64,000 bases of DNA from a virus. Lineage: Duplodnaviria > Heunggongvirae > Uroviricota > Caudoviricetes. Numbering within the stretch: the stretch's first letter is position 1; the number at the start of each line of letters is the position of its first letter. The stretch lies in the IMG/VR virus record IMGVR_UViG_3300031088_000735. One strand, given 5' to 3'. Below, piece by piece: positions 1 through 9,330 of this stretch. Made by a program: the position numbers and the translations under genes. Below the pieces are notes generated by a model. It saw nothing but the letters and a program-made list of their open reading frames with translations. It did not search any database and was not told the DNA's origin.

Positions 1-41
1 TTTTGCTATAATTTTTCCATATTCAAAGCGGAGTTCGATTC

Positions 42-392
42 ATGACCGAATTTAAACGTAATTTTGACACCAACAGAAGTGCAATTCAACAGCCTGAACG
101 TCAGTGGTTGGTGATTAATTTCCAGCCTAATGGCTATGTTTCTGATGATGTGATTAAGGTTCGTGCCCTCATCATCAACAAACAAGGCATCGAAATCACG
201 ATTACCAATTCGATGGGCGGATATGGTGAATATGACGATGTGGCTCGTGCTGAATCGTTCCATTCTGCCTACGGTCAAGCCATCGTGGACATGAAACGCA
301 TCAAAGAAGCGTTTGATTCGGGGTTGCGTGATATTGATGACATCATGAACCATGTTGAAGACCAGTATATGATTGATCAAGTCAGTCGCTAA
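42..392 (+). CDS. hypothetical protein
   Basis: 116 aa ORF; TGCTATAAT promoter box at window start and GGAG SD upstream. Confidence 0.8.
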   Translation: MTEFKRNFDTNRSAIQQPERQWLVINFQPNGYVSDDVIKVRALIINKQGIEITITNSMGGYGEYDDVARAESFHSAYGQAIVDMKRIKEAFDSGLRDIDDIMNHVEDQYMIDQVSR

Positions 393-513
393 TCTGGTGT
401 GGTGTTCCTTTTTAAAGAGCCGTTGAGGCTCTTTTTTTATAAATTTCGAAAATAAATTGACCATTTCTTAGTTTTTTGTGGTAGAATAAAACCACTTCTT
501 AGGAGATAGAACC

Positions 514-1257
514 TTGAAAAACATGACCCCGATGGCAATGCTGAAACCAGAACTGGCTCTCTTCAAAGCACTCCCATTTATTTCATACTTGGAATTGAAT
601 GGTAAAGAAGAACGCCGTTCCTATGCCAATGATCAGGTGTATATCGCGGCTGCAGTGACATTCGATTTCATGGCTATCTTCAACATTCGTGGTGGCATTC
701 ATCACAATGAAAAAGGTCATCAGCGTTTTGACCGTAGCTTTTCGTTTTGCATCAATTTCAAAGAAGGTGAAGCGACTGTTCGGGCTTCTATCAAGCCAAA
801 CAAAGACTTGTCGGCAGAATATTCGCGTGAATTTTCGGTGGCTGAAATCAAGCCCAAAATGAAAGCTCTGTTGGCACTGAACATTCAGGATAAAGAAGAA
901 TTCTTGAATGCTCTTGTTCAAGAGTTTGATATTGTGGTCAGTTCTTCGCTCACTCTGTCAGAACTGAACGCCATCAAGAAAGAACGTGTTCAAGAAATCG
1001 AAGCTGTTATGGCAGATTTTAAAGCAGCCAATCAGGCGGTTGACGCAGCTCGTGAGGTTTTGTATGCCATTGACCGTGCTAACCGTGGCGACGCTCGCTT
1101 GCCAGAACAACGTCAAAAAATGAGCGAAGCAATGGACAGGGCACGCGAAATCATGAAACAACGCACGTTCCTGCTGAATGGTAACACTAAAAATATTCCA
1201 GCCTATGCCCGTGATTTGTTCTACAAGGAATTGAAACAGAAAAACATCATTTCCTAA
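514..1257 (+). CDS. hypothetical protein, C-terminal coiled coil
   Basis: AGGAG SD 7-8 nt before TTG start; helical E/K/A-rich C-terminus; hairpin follows. Confidence 0.8.
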   Translation: MKNMTPMAMLKPELALFKALPFISYLELNGKEERRSYANDQVYIAAAVTFDFMAIFNIRGGIHHNEKGHQRFDRSFSFCINFKEGEATVRASIKPNKDLSAEYSREFSVAEIKPKMKALLALNIQDKEEFLNALVQEFDIVVSSSLTLSELNAIKKERVQEIEAVMADFKAANQAVDAAREVLYAIDRANRGDARLPEQRQKMSEAMDRAREIMKQRTFLLNGNTKNIPAYARDLFYKELKQKNIIS

Positions 1258-1353
1258 TCATTAGCAACACACCAAAAAGCCCTTGAATAATCTTGTTTTT
1301 ATTCAGGGGCTTTGTTATAATGGCTCTACTTAAATAGATACGGATTAAACGCC

Positions 1354-2109
1354 ATGAACCGAGTCACTATCAAGAATTCTCCCATTGAAGGTCAATGGAT
1401 GATGGTTGATACACCAGAAACTTTGATGGCTTTTATGGAACACACGTCAACTCGCGTCGTCGCAGAAGTCAGCCATTTGATTCGTGAAAAAGCCGAAATT
1501 GAAAACTGGGGTGACATTCCTCTGACCACTCCGGCTGCTGGTATCATTGCGGCCACTGTTGCTCATTGTAAGCTTCATGGCAAGAATCCAATTTACGAAT
1601 TGGACGGCATCATCAGCAAACGTTTTTCCAACATGTTGGGCGAAATTCTTGATGGTAACCGAGTGCTTATCAACTCGGCAGGTGGTTATTGCTTCATGCT
1701 TCCCGATTGGGAAATTGAAACAGAAGAGCCTGTTGATCTGGGCTGGAAACCTACCCACCTCATCAACGACAAGACCCAATATATCAACCTTGAAAATGAC
1801 CCGTATCTGGAAGAACACACACGCCAGTATTTGGGACAACGAGATCCGAAATTCTCGTATATCTTGAATTTGGGTGGGTACACCAAAGAAGCGTTGGTGA
1901 AAGTGTTTACTGAATTCAAAGCAAACGGTGGTAAGATTGTTTATGTTTATACCACTGGTATGAATGTGCCTCAAATGTATGAATACTTTGAAGCTGCACA
2001 AAAAGCAGGCTTGAATGACTTTGAATTTGATTTCAATTCGTTCATTACAGATGGCATTCAAGGTTTTATTGAGCACATTAAAGCTCGATCCAATGTCACC
2101 ATCCTGTAA
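1354..2109 (+). CDS. hypothetical protein
   Basis: 251 aa ORF, own TGTTATAAT promoter, UUCG terminator at ~2131-2152. Confidence 0.8.
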   Translation: MNRVTIKNSPIEGQWMMVDTPETLMAFMEHTSTRVVAEVSHLIREKAEIENWGDIPLTTPAAGIIAATVAHCKLHGKNPIYELDGIISKRFSNMLGEILDGNRVLINSAGGYCFMLPDWEIETEEPVDLGWKPTHLINDKTQYINLENDPYLEEHTRQYLGQRDPKFSYILNLGGYTKEALVKVFTEFKANGGKIVYVYTTGMNVPQMYEYFEAAQKAGLNDFEFDFNSFITDGIQGFIEHIKARSNVTIL

Positions 2110-2210
2110 CATCAGATGGTTTTAAAGAAAGGCACCTTCGGGTGTCTTTTTTGTTGTGTCATTTTATAGTTTTTGTTATAATGAACACTCTTCCATACAG
2201 GTGAACAATC

Positions 2211-2324
2211 ATGAAAGAAGTTGCAGAATCGTTGAATGCCATTGTTGTGATTGGTTTCTTGGCTATTGCTGTTTTTGCTGTTATCGAATTTCATTCTCGT
2301 AAACAGTTTAAAAAATTCCTGTAA
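2211..2324 (+). CDS. small single-TM protein (37 aa, not in ORF track)
   Basis: MKEVAESLNAIVVIGFLAIAVFAVIEFHSRKQFKKFL; promoter and AGGTG SD upstream. Confidence 0.65.
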   Translation: MKEVAESLNAIVVIGFLAIAVFAVIEFHSRKQFKKFL

Positions 2325-2396
2325 CTGTTAAATATCTTTACAGAAAATCTGATTTTTTCTATAATTACAACATCAACCAATAGAAGAGTATTCCAA

Positions 2397-2705
2397 ATGT
2401 ATGTAATCGCTGTTAAAGACCTTGATCCAAAAAATGCCCTTGGTTATATGTTCTGGGGTGGTTTCAAAGCTGATTCTCAAAGTGATGGGACTATTCCCAT
2501 CTTCAATAAACCAATGGTGACTGCTGATACAGGTTTTCAAGAAAACGAAAAAAGCCTGCAGGCCATGCTGTTCACCACCAAAGAGTATGCGGATAAAGAA
2601 GTTATTCGTCTCAAAGAAATCATCAACAAGCAGACTGGTCGGTATTATGAAATGGAACCCATCAGTGCTGATATGGCTGGCAGCATGTTGAAACTTTGGA
2701 AGTAA
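2397..2705 (+). CDS. hypothetical protein
   Basis: 102 aa ORF between promoter and terminator. Confidence 0.75.
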   Translation: MYVIAVKDLDPKNALGYMFWGGFKADSQSDGTIPIFNKPMVTADTGFQENEKSLQAMLFTTKEYADKEVIRLKEIINKQTGRYYEMEPISADMAGSMLKLWK

Positions 2706-2760
2706 TTAAAAAAAGAACACAAAAAAAGACAGCCTAGCTGTCTTTTTTGTTGGTGTTTGA

Positions 2761-3171
2761 TTAATCTGGTAGATTATCTTGTGCCATTGACAAACGGCGT
2801 CTAAATTCAAGTGGATCAGCAATGTATTTGATTGGTGCGTTACCATGTCCGGTACCGGATACGATGATTGTTCCAAAATTAAACATTCTACCCATTAAAC
2901 CTTGATTGACTTGTGTACTTTCTACTTTTTTCAAATTGATTTCTACAGTGTCTCTTTGGATGAAGCCTTTCTTTGCAATAAGTCTTTTGTTCGTTACGGC
3001 TAATTCCGTGCATTTTTTTTGAACATAGACAACAAGTAGAAGCACAATACCTACAAGCACTGGTATCAATAGCACGCCGAAGAAGATCTGCCAAAAGAAA
3101 CCCCAATTGCTTAAACTGGCTTCGTATTCTATTTTCTCACCATCCATCAAATTGTCACTTACATAACTCAT
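2761..3171 (-). CDS. PH domain (bPH_2) membrane protein
   Basis: MSYVSDNLMDGEKIEYEA, TM segment, ELAVTNKRLIAKKGFI..DTVEINL..VES..VNQG..GR.FNFGTI.VSGTG pattern; start moved to ATG 3171. Confidence 0.8.
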   Translation of the reverse strand: MSYVSDNLMDGEKIEYEASLSNWGFFWQIFFGVLLIPVLVGIVLLLVVYVQKKCTELAVTNKRLIAKKGFIQRDTVEINLKKVESTQVNQGLMGRMFNFGTIIVSGTGHGNAPIKYIADPLEFRRRLSMAQDNLPD

Positions 3172-3345
3172 AGCATTCCTCCATTGTTCCATATAATATA
3201 ACAAATATTGATATTTTTTCAAGCTAAATTTTGACTATTATGAAAAATGAAAATCACTAGAAAAATTATTCTATTTGGAATTTTTTGCTTTATTATTACC
3301 ATAATACTTGATATAATGATTACACTCTCAACAAAGGTATACAAA

Positions 3346-3789
3346 ATGAAACGTCTATCGCTTTCAAATATTGTAACTGTTTGTGCTGTCATTCTCTTAA
3401 CCTTACTGGTTTATCACGGAATTAAAAGCCTTTCTCTCACACAAGATCGAGCGTTGGTTACTGTTCAATTGGTGTCGGTCAAACCTCATTCCGCCAAGAC
3501 TTACGATGAAAATGGTTTTTTTGTCGGCACCTTTGTTGGTGAATTTACCTATCAAGGTCATCAGTTTGAATATCCTGTGTCCATTTCAGAGCGTTTTGAA
3601 CTTTTGAAAAATCGTCAACCTGTCAATCACATGAAAATGTTATCAGCCGCTGACATAGGCTTGAATACACCATTCTGGGGGCCAGTGGCTAATGTATTGT
3701 TCTTGGCGGCGTTCCTATTGAATATCGTTATTTCCGCTTGTGTTTGGGTTAATGGATCGGGGCAAAAAAGTCATTCCACACCTGTTTAA
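3346..3789 (+). CDS. membrane protein (TM - beta domain - TM)
   Basis: start reassigned to ATG 3346 after promoter and AAGG SD; hydrophobic ends. Confidence 0.7.
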   Translation: MKRLSLSNIVTVCAVILLTLLVYHGIKSLSLTQDRALVTVQLVSVKPHSAKTYDENGFFVGTFVGEFTYQGHQFEYPVSISERFELLKNRQPVNHMKMLSAADIGLNTPFWGPVANVLFLAAFLLNIVISACVWVNGSGQKSHSTPV

Positions 3790-3802
3790 TCGTAAATAAT
3801 AC

Positions 3803-3846
3803 TTGCCCATAAATCTGTTTTTTGATATGATAGACACATCAAAACG
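3803..3846 (+). promoter_or_regulatory. sigma70-type promoter with conserved spacer and +1 motif
   Basis: TTGCCC-17-TATGAT, spacer ATAAATCTGTTTTTTGA, then CATCAAAACG. Confidence 0.75.
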
Positions 3847-3876
3847 ATATACCTAACTAAACATCGGAGAAACACC

Positions 3877-4389
3877 ATGACCAAAGTTACCGCTCTCGAA
3901 ACCGCTGTTATCGTGAACATCGTTGCTCTCGGTTCTTCGTCGGTAAATGTTCAAAACATCCCTAACGGGCCAGAAGTCATCAAACAAGCTCAGGTAAACG
4001 CTGTTGTCCTAAACTTGAAAGGCAAAGGTCTGGTGGTTCGTGAAGGTGATACCGTGTCGCTGACCGAAGCTGGAGTTGCTGTTCACGCTGAACTGTTCTC
4101 GGTAGCAAAAGACCTCGATACCCTGCGTCATGAAAGCAACTTGAAACTGAACCGTCCAGCCAAGCCATCTTCGGCCCATGAGCTGAAACTGATCAACGAA
4201 CTGATTGAAATCCGCACCAAGGCTCGCCGTCTGTCTGCGGCTGTATCTGAAATCGAAGCCGAAGTGATGCCACGCAGCTTCTCGGAAATCATCTTGAGCA
4301 TGTTCCCTAACGCCGTGAATGTCAAAATGGCTCATATCGAACCGATTGACCTGATGGGTCTGCCAGTCGGTGTGGCGGTGGTTGAATAA
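3877..4389 (+). CDS. winged-helix DNA-binding protein, paralog 1
   Basis: QVNAVVLNLKGKGLVV...TVSLTEAG wHTH-like pattern; aligns with 57702 and 54627. Confidence 0.6.
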   Translation: MTKVTALETAVIVNIVALGSSSVNVQNIPNGPEVIKQAQVNAVVLNLKGKGLVVREGDTVSLTEAGVAVHAELFSVAKDLDTLRHESNLKLNRPAKPSSAHELKLINELIEIRTKARRLSAAVSEIEAEVMPRSFSEIILSMFPNAVNVKMAHIEPIDLMGLPVGVAVVE

Positions 4390-4410
4390 CCACAAAAAAC
4401 GATATAAAAA

Positions 4411-4432
4411 GGGGCTACGGCCTCTTTTTTAT
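4411..4432 (+). terminator. intrinsic terminator
   Basis: GGGGC-TACG-GCCTC followed by T run, A run upstream. Confidence 0.85.
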
Positions 4433-4500
4433 TGCTTGTCTTCAATATTTTTGATATACTCTTTGCCAGCTAACTTTCTATATTCATTATTGGAGCCTTC

Positions 4501-4770
4501 ATGAAAAAGACAACTATTCTTGCACTTGCACTCGCCCTTTCTGTTTCATCTGGTTGTAATGCTGAGCAAAACAGTAACATCCAACATGATGTCTCGAATA
4601 AAAAGACTATATCTGTTACTTGCTATTCAGGAACTATGGTAACTTATAAGCATGATGTTATTTTGATTGCTGATATTTTTGATAAGGAGCTTTCTGCTCG
4701 TGTTCAAGAAGTCGATACTGGCATTAAAATGCGAATTCCTATTTCGCAATGTTATTTTAAAGACAATTGA
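4501..4770 (+). CDS. putative lipoprotein
   Basis: MKK + hydrophobic core + SSGC lipobox-like motif. Confidence 0.6.
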   Translation: MKKTTILALALALSVSSGCNAEQNSNIQHDVSNKKTISVTCYSGTMVTYKHDVILIADIFDKELSARVQEVDTGIKMRIPISQCYFKDN

Positions 4771-4855
4771 ACAAGAGGCTACGGCCTCTTTTCTTGTTGT
4801 TATTAGCACTATTTTTTGATATAATTATCATCCACTTAATGAGATAGACGCCATC

Positions 4856-5032
4856 ATGAGCTACTTTGACGAAGAATCCCATCCAGTTACTCGCTTTGCA
4901 CTGTTCCCACGCCAGATTGCTGGTCAATGGATTTGGTTGAAGTCTTTTGTATCAGATCGTGTGCTGGTTCATGGCCGTATGGATGGTTGCAGCACCGACA
5001 TCTACGAATATCAGAACCATCGTTTGATTTAA
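4856..5032 (+). CDS. hypothetical protein (58 aa, not in ORF track)
   Basis: MSYFDEESHPVTRFALFPRQIAGQWIWLKSF...; own TGATATAAT promoter. Confidence 0.65.
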   Translation: MSYFDEESHPVTRFALFPRQIAGQWIWLKSFVSDRVLVHGRMDGCSTDIYEYQNHRLI

Positions 5033-5096
5033 AATCTTGTTTTTGATAGTCAACAATGTTAGAATAGACACATTAAACACATAGAGGATTTTGAAG

Positions 5097-5537
5097 ATGG
5101 CTACTAATTTTTACGAAAATATGGGTTCTTACGAAAAACTGAACTTTCTGTCTTTGGTCGTTCGTGAGCACTGTAAAAAGACCCATTTCACCCTCGTTCA
5201 CTATGTGTTGAGCGGCAAAACTAAAAAGGACTTAGCCGAATTCAAAAAACTGTCGTTGGTAAACGACCAATTTGAACTCCATTACAAATCATTGGTTACT
5301 AAATACGGTTATCAACTGGAAGGCCGCACTGCGGGTGTTGCTGTTGTAACCCCTGATGAACTCTTGGCCTTTACCAAAGCATATGAACTTCAAAAAGCTG
5401 AACTCAAAAAAGAAATCGAAATTTTGATTTCTGTGGGCACTTCGAAAGAAATAATTGAGCCAGTTGAAAATGACTTGCTTGTATGGGCTACCTTTCACAA
5501 AGACTTCTACGAACAGGTGCAAGCGTTTAAAGAATAA
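5097..5537 (+). CDS. hypothetical protein
   Basis: GAGG SD, ORF ends before UUCG terminator. Confidence 0.8.
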   Translation: MATNFYENMGSYEKLNFLSLVVREHCKKTHFTLVHYVLSGKTKKDLAEFKKLSLVNDQFELHYKSLVTKYGYQLEGRTAGVAVVTPDELLAFTKAYELQKAELKKEIEILISVGTSKEIIEPVENDLLVWATFHKDFYEQVQAFKE

Positions 5538-5559
5538 TCAGTGTCGCATGTTTGAAAGA

Positions 5560-5581
5560 GAGGCTTCGGCCTCTTTTTTTA
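5560..5581 (+). terminator. intrinsic terminator
   Basis: GAGGC-TTCG-GCCTC + T run. Confidence 0.85.
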
Positions 5582-5710
5582 TGCCTTAAATAATTCAATA
5601 AATTCATAATTTTACCTAAAAAAATGCTTTACAGGGGCATGGTGTTTCGATATAATTATCCCATCAAGACGCAACAACCAATCAAATAAACAAGGTTAGG
5701 AGTTACAACT

Positions 5711-5845
5711 ATGCAAGGTTCCTTCGGTGATGCAAAAGAAGCTTTCCGTGGTCGCAAACAGAAAGATACTCACGCCGCAAAAGAAAACCGCGAATCCCGT
5801 CAATTCCGCGATAAACGTCGCCACCGACACCCTGACGCAGAGTAA
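5711..5845 (+). CDS. small basic MQGS-family peptide, copy 1 (44 aa)
   Basis: MQGSFGDAKEAFRGRKQKDTHAAKENRESRQFRDKRRHRHPDAE; AGGAG SD, own promoter and terminator; 3 paralogs in window. Confidence 0.85.
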   Translation: MQGSFGDAKEAFRGRKQKDTHAAKENRESRQFRDKRRHRHPDAE

Positions 5846-5896
5846 CTGTTAATACAAAAAGCCCTATGAATAGGGCTTTTTTGTTTGTTTCAATTT

Positions 5897-6523
5897 TTAA
5901 AGTGCTGTTCTACATACTTTACTTACTGTATAAGAACCATAGTTGGCAGTAAGAACACCTTTCGTGTATTTGTAGGGTGAAACCACTTTTTCAGTAGCAT
6001 CATAATCACCACCGCTGTATACCAACACGCCATTAGATGTTATGTTTAACAATCTATATGAAGGCCCACCCGCTACCCAAGTAGAGTTTGGAATGTCACA
6101 TTCTTCTTTTGACTTTGTACCTACAGCAGATCTTGTGATTGACTGATTGGTTAACGTTCTATTTTCATTTTTGACAGGGCCAACATTTCTGTAATCATGA
6201 CTGACGTTGTTTTGCTCTCTTTCTTGTACTGTTCTGGTTTGAACTTGACTACAACCTGTTGCTGTTTGTTCAAATGTTACACCTTGATCTTTTGTAGATG
6301 GATCAGGTGACCATGCACCACAACCTGTTGGAGAGCCTACATTAGTCCACTCACTGATTAAGGCATCAGATGCTAACCATTTGCTGACAAATCTTATATT
6401 GTCACCATTGATTTGTTCTTTACCGTAAACAACAGTAAAACTTGGATGTTCACTTGCTGTTGCTGTTATTGCATTTGCACTTAACAATACAAATGCCAAC
6501 AATTTTAATTTATTCTTTTTCAT
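5897..6523 (-). CDS. secreted/surface protein, paralog A
   Basis: signal peptide; aligns along most of its length with 6604-7245. Confidence 0.8.
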   Translation of the reverse strand: MKKNKLKLLAFVLLSANAITATASEHPSFTVVYGKEQINGDNIRFVSKWLASDALISEWTNVGSPTGCGAWSPDPSTKDQGVTFEQTATGCSQVQTRTVQEREQNNVSHDYRNVGPVKNENRTLTNQSITRSAVGTKSKEECDIPNSTWVAGGPSYRLLNITSNGVLVYSGGDYDATEKVVSPYKYTKGVLTANYGSYTVSKVCRTAL

Positions 6524-6603
6524 ACCTTACTCATTATTATTTTTCTATTTGTATTAATTTTAACATGCTTTTTTTTATTTGAAATACTTTAATACTAATA
6601 TAT

Positions 6604-7245
6604 TTAAATTGGTGTTCTACATACTAAGTTGAAAGTATAATAACCATAGTTTGCTGCTTGTGCCCCCTTAGTATATTTATAGCCCCCATAAGTATATTCA
6701 GTTAAATTAATATTACCAATATCTGGGAAAACTTTTGATCCGTTCCAAATGATATACATCATAGCCATTGATGGTGTTCCGTTTACCCAACGATAATTAT
6801 TGATATCACCACTACCACAGTCGTTGACTATTTTAGTACCAACCGCCGTTCTGGTCATTGAATAATCATCGAGATTTCTTGATTCGTTAGTCAAACTTCC
6901 TACATTTCGATAGGCCAATGTATAATCGTTTTGCTCTCTATTTTGTACAGTTCTTGATTGGGATTGTTTACAATTACTTGATGTTTGTTCAAAAGAAATA
7001 CCTGTTGCAATAGTGTTTGTAGCAGGAGTCCATGCCGAACATCCGGTGGCTTCACCGACATTAAACCATTCCGATATGGTTGGCGTTGTTTTTATCCATT
7101 TTCCTTTTTTTACAAAAGAAATGTTATCTCCATTGATTTGTTCTTTTCCATAAACAACAGTAAAGGTTGAATGCTCACTTGCATTTGCTGTTGCCATAGC
7201 ACTTGATATTAAAGCACCTGCCAACATTAATATTGATTTTTTCAT
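6604..7245 (-). CDS. secreted/surface protein, paralog B
   Basis: signal peptide; shared ASEH..FTVVYGKEQINGDNI and TGC.AW.P motifs. Confidence 0.8.
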   Translation of the reverse strand: MKKSILMLAGALISSAMATANASEHSTFTVVYGKEQINGDNISFVKKGKWIKTTPTISEWFNVGEATGCSAWTPATNTIATGISFEQTSSNCKQSQSRTVQNREQNDYTLAYRNVGSLTNESRNLDDYSMTRTAVGTKIVNDCGSGDINNYRWVNGTPSMAMMYIIWNGSKVFPDIGNINLTEYTYGGYKYTKGAQAANYGYYTFNLVCRTPI

Positions 7246-7539
7246 TTGTTATTTTTGTTATTATCTTAGTACAAATTTAACACGTTTTAGATAAAATCAA
7301 ATATAAAAAATTACAACTAAGGCTTAATATACAATATTTTATATTAAATTTATTAATCCACCATTAAACATAGTTTTTTATAAATTCATTTATATAATGA
7401 TTAAAAAAAATACAAATTAACCAAATTGTTAGTTTTTAAACATGTTAAAAATATTTTTTATTCTTTTTCAAAAATTCTTGGAATCATTATTATTTCGTGC
7501 TATACTCAAACCACTTTAAAACGTCAGGAGCTTTTCAAC

Positions 7540-7647
7540 ATGTGCGACAAATGTAAAGTCTGCAAGAAAGATAAACCAGAAGACGCACAAAAGCAGAATG
7601 CTGAACAGCCTGCTGGTGAATCTATGGTTATCGTTAAATCTAAATAA
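7540..7647 (+). CDS. small Cys-containing protein (35 aa)
   Basis: AGGAG SD before ATG 7540, MCDKCKVCKK; ORF-track upstream extension spans the promoter. Confidence 0.55.
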   Translation: MCDKCKVCKKDKPEDAQKQNAEQPAGESMVIVKSK

Positions 7648-7657
7648 GGACAGGATC

Positions 7658-7843
7658 ATGAAACAATTGATGAATGACGAAGAATCTCTTGATTGCCTTA
7701 TGGATGGCATGTCTCTTGATGAAGCCATTGCTTACCTGCAGTCGTTGAAAACTCGTTTCGATGGTCAACGTTGTGTCTTGTCTAATGATTGCGTTGATGA
7801 CATCACAGCCGTGACTGTCCTCAATTTGTATGCGGTTGAATGA
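7658..7843 (+). CDS. hypothetical acidic protein
   Basis: AGGA SD before ATG 7658. Confidence 0.6.
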   Translation: MKQLMNDEESLDCLMDGMSLDEAIAYLQSLKTRFDGQRCVLSNDCVDDITAVTVLNLYAVE

Positions 7844-7948
7844 CTGTAATACTATATCAAAAATAAATGACCGCTTTGGCGGTTTTTTTATTGCACGCAT
7901 GTTTAATATACTTTATAATGGAGCTACTTAATCGGAGATATATTGTAA

Positions 7949-8149
7949 ATGATCGCTTGTAGTTGTCCTAAATGTAGCACCTATGGAAATGCCTCGTATT
8001 GCGTCAATGATATCATTGATCAAGGTCGAGCGGAATACGCCGCTACCACTGGCCCAAAGCCTTTATGGCAGTCCGTTTCACTCTGGTTTGCCGGTAGTTT
8101 GTGTCTTGTCCCTATTGTCATCCGTATTGCAGATGCCATTTCGCACTAA
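7949..8149 (+). CDS. small membrane protein with CxCxxC
   Basis: GGAG SD, C-terminal TM, terminator after. Confidence 0.65.
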   Translation: MIACSCPKCSTYGNASYCVNDIIDQGRAEYAATTGPKPLWQSVSLWFAGSLCLVPIVIRIADAISH

Positions 8150-8186
8150 TTAGCAATAAAGAAAAAGGAGCCTACTGGCTCCTTTT

Positions 8187-8882
8187 TTAATGTATGTTAA
8201 TCATTGCAATTAACACTTTATCTTCTTCTGTTAAATCTTCTAGTGTCTTTATTTCATTTTCTTTCATATAATTAAAGTAATGTTTTCGTAAGTATTTTAC
8301 ACCACCCATGTATATAAACTCATCTTCTACTTTAATGCCTTTCTTTTCTATTGATTTTAATTTAAATTCGTTACTGTAATAAGCTTCATATTCCAATATT
8401 AAATCATCATAGTTATTAAATAAACACAGTTGTTTAAAATTATCTTGTTCAGTATATGTTTTTTGTATAATGGGTTTATACATGTTCTGATAACTTTTTA
8501 ATTTAAATAAAAATACTGTAGTCATTGCAATTATTACCAGACTATTCACTAAATGCTCTTTCCATTCATATGTTTTATAATTGGTTGTGTAATACATAAT
8601 TGCATAAATTAATACACCTATGGCTATATATTTAAGTGTTTCTGGCACTATTAAATTTGATACTGGATAATTATTTTTAGAATACGTTACTTTATAATGT
8701 TTAAGCAGAGCCACCATTATAAGCATCCCTATAATATCTATTGCAATATAAGTTGCCAACACTTTTTCAACAGGTGTTTTCAGTAGAAACATCATAATAG
8801 TTGTTATCAGTAAACAACAAAAAGAAACAGCTATTTTTCTTTGATACATACTCTCATTTAATGCTTTGAAATAATCTTTCAT
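8187..8882 (-). CDS. AT-rich multi-TM membrane protein
   Basis: four hydrophobic segments in 231 aa; AAGGA SD. Confidence 0.75.
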   Translation of the reverse strand: MKDYFKALNESMYQRKIAVSFCCLLITTIMMFLLKTPVEKVLATYIAIDIIGMLIMVALLKHYKVTYSKNNYPVSNLIVPETLKYIAIGVLIYAIMYYTTNYKTYEWKEHLVNSLVIIAMTTVFLFKLKSYQNMYKPIIQKTYTEQDNFKQLCLFNNYDDLILEYEAYYSNEFKLKSIEKKGIKVEDEFIYMGGVKYLRKHYFNYMKENEIKTLEDLTEEDKVLIAMINIH

Positions 8883-9004
8883 ATTATGTCCTTTTTCGTG
8901 TTAATATCATGACACCTATTTTTTATTTTTCAATTTATTTTGAGCTTTATATTTACAAATAACACTAAAATCTGTTATAATCCGCTTTCTTAGGAGATTC
9001 GACT

Positions 9005-9214
9005 ATGAAATTGTTCAAGAAAATTTTAGAAATGCTTGGCTATGCTGTTGCATTGGTGATGATCGGTTTGGTAGTCATAGCACTCTTTCTCGGAGCCGTG
9101 TTCCGAATGGAAGATTGTGTGGCTAACAATTCTACTGCCTACTGTGTTATGACACAGAAAAACTTTGTTTTTTGGGATACCGTGAACCGTTCTAAAAACC
9201 ATGATCAAATCTGA
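9005..9214 (+). CDS. small membrane protein, 3' end replaced by IS insertion
   Basis: AGGAG SD; last codons (RSKNHDQI) come from the IS right end; reconstructed original end is VNPLKKDEK-stop. Confidence 0.7.
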   Translation: MKLFKKILEMLGYAVALVMIGLVVIALFLGAVFRMEDCVANNSTAYCVMTQKNFVFWDTVNRSKNHDQI

Positions 9215-9330
9215 TCATCGTTAATTTCTTGTTTCATTAAGTGGTATAAATAAAGTTTATTTATACCATCTCTTCACAAGCTTTCACTGTTGAACTAACA
9301 GCATAATCGTATAGATTCTTCGATGCATTT
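9187..9330 (-). ncRNA. putative TnpB omega-RNA scaffold
   Basis: overlaps tnpB 3' end (AVSSTVKAC) to the right end; perfect 12-bp inverted repeat GGTATAAATAAA-G-TTTATTTATACC at 9243-9267; 5' limit is approximate. Confidence 0.55.

Noticed and set aside
5711-5845. MQGS peptides as ArfA or lambda N homologs
   Set aside because: Only a GS(Y/F).R and Arg-rich resemblance; too short and compositional to support homology without a profile search.
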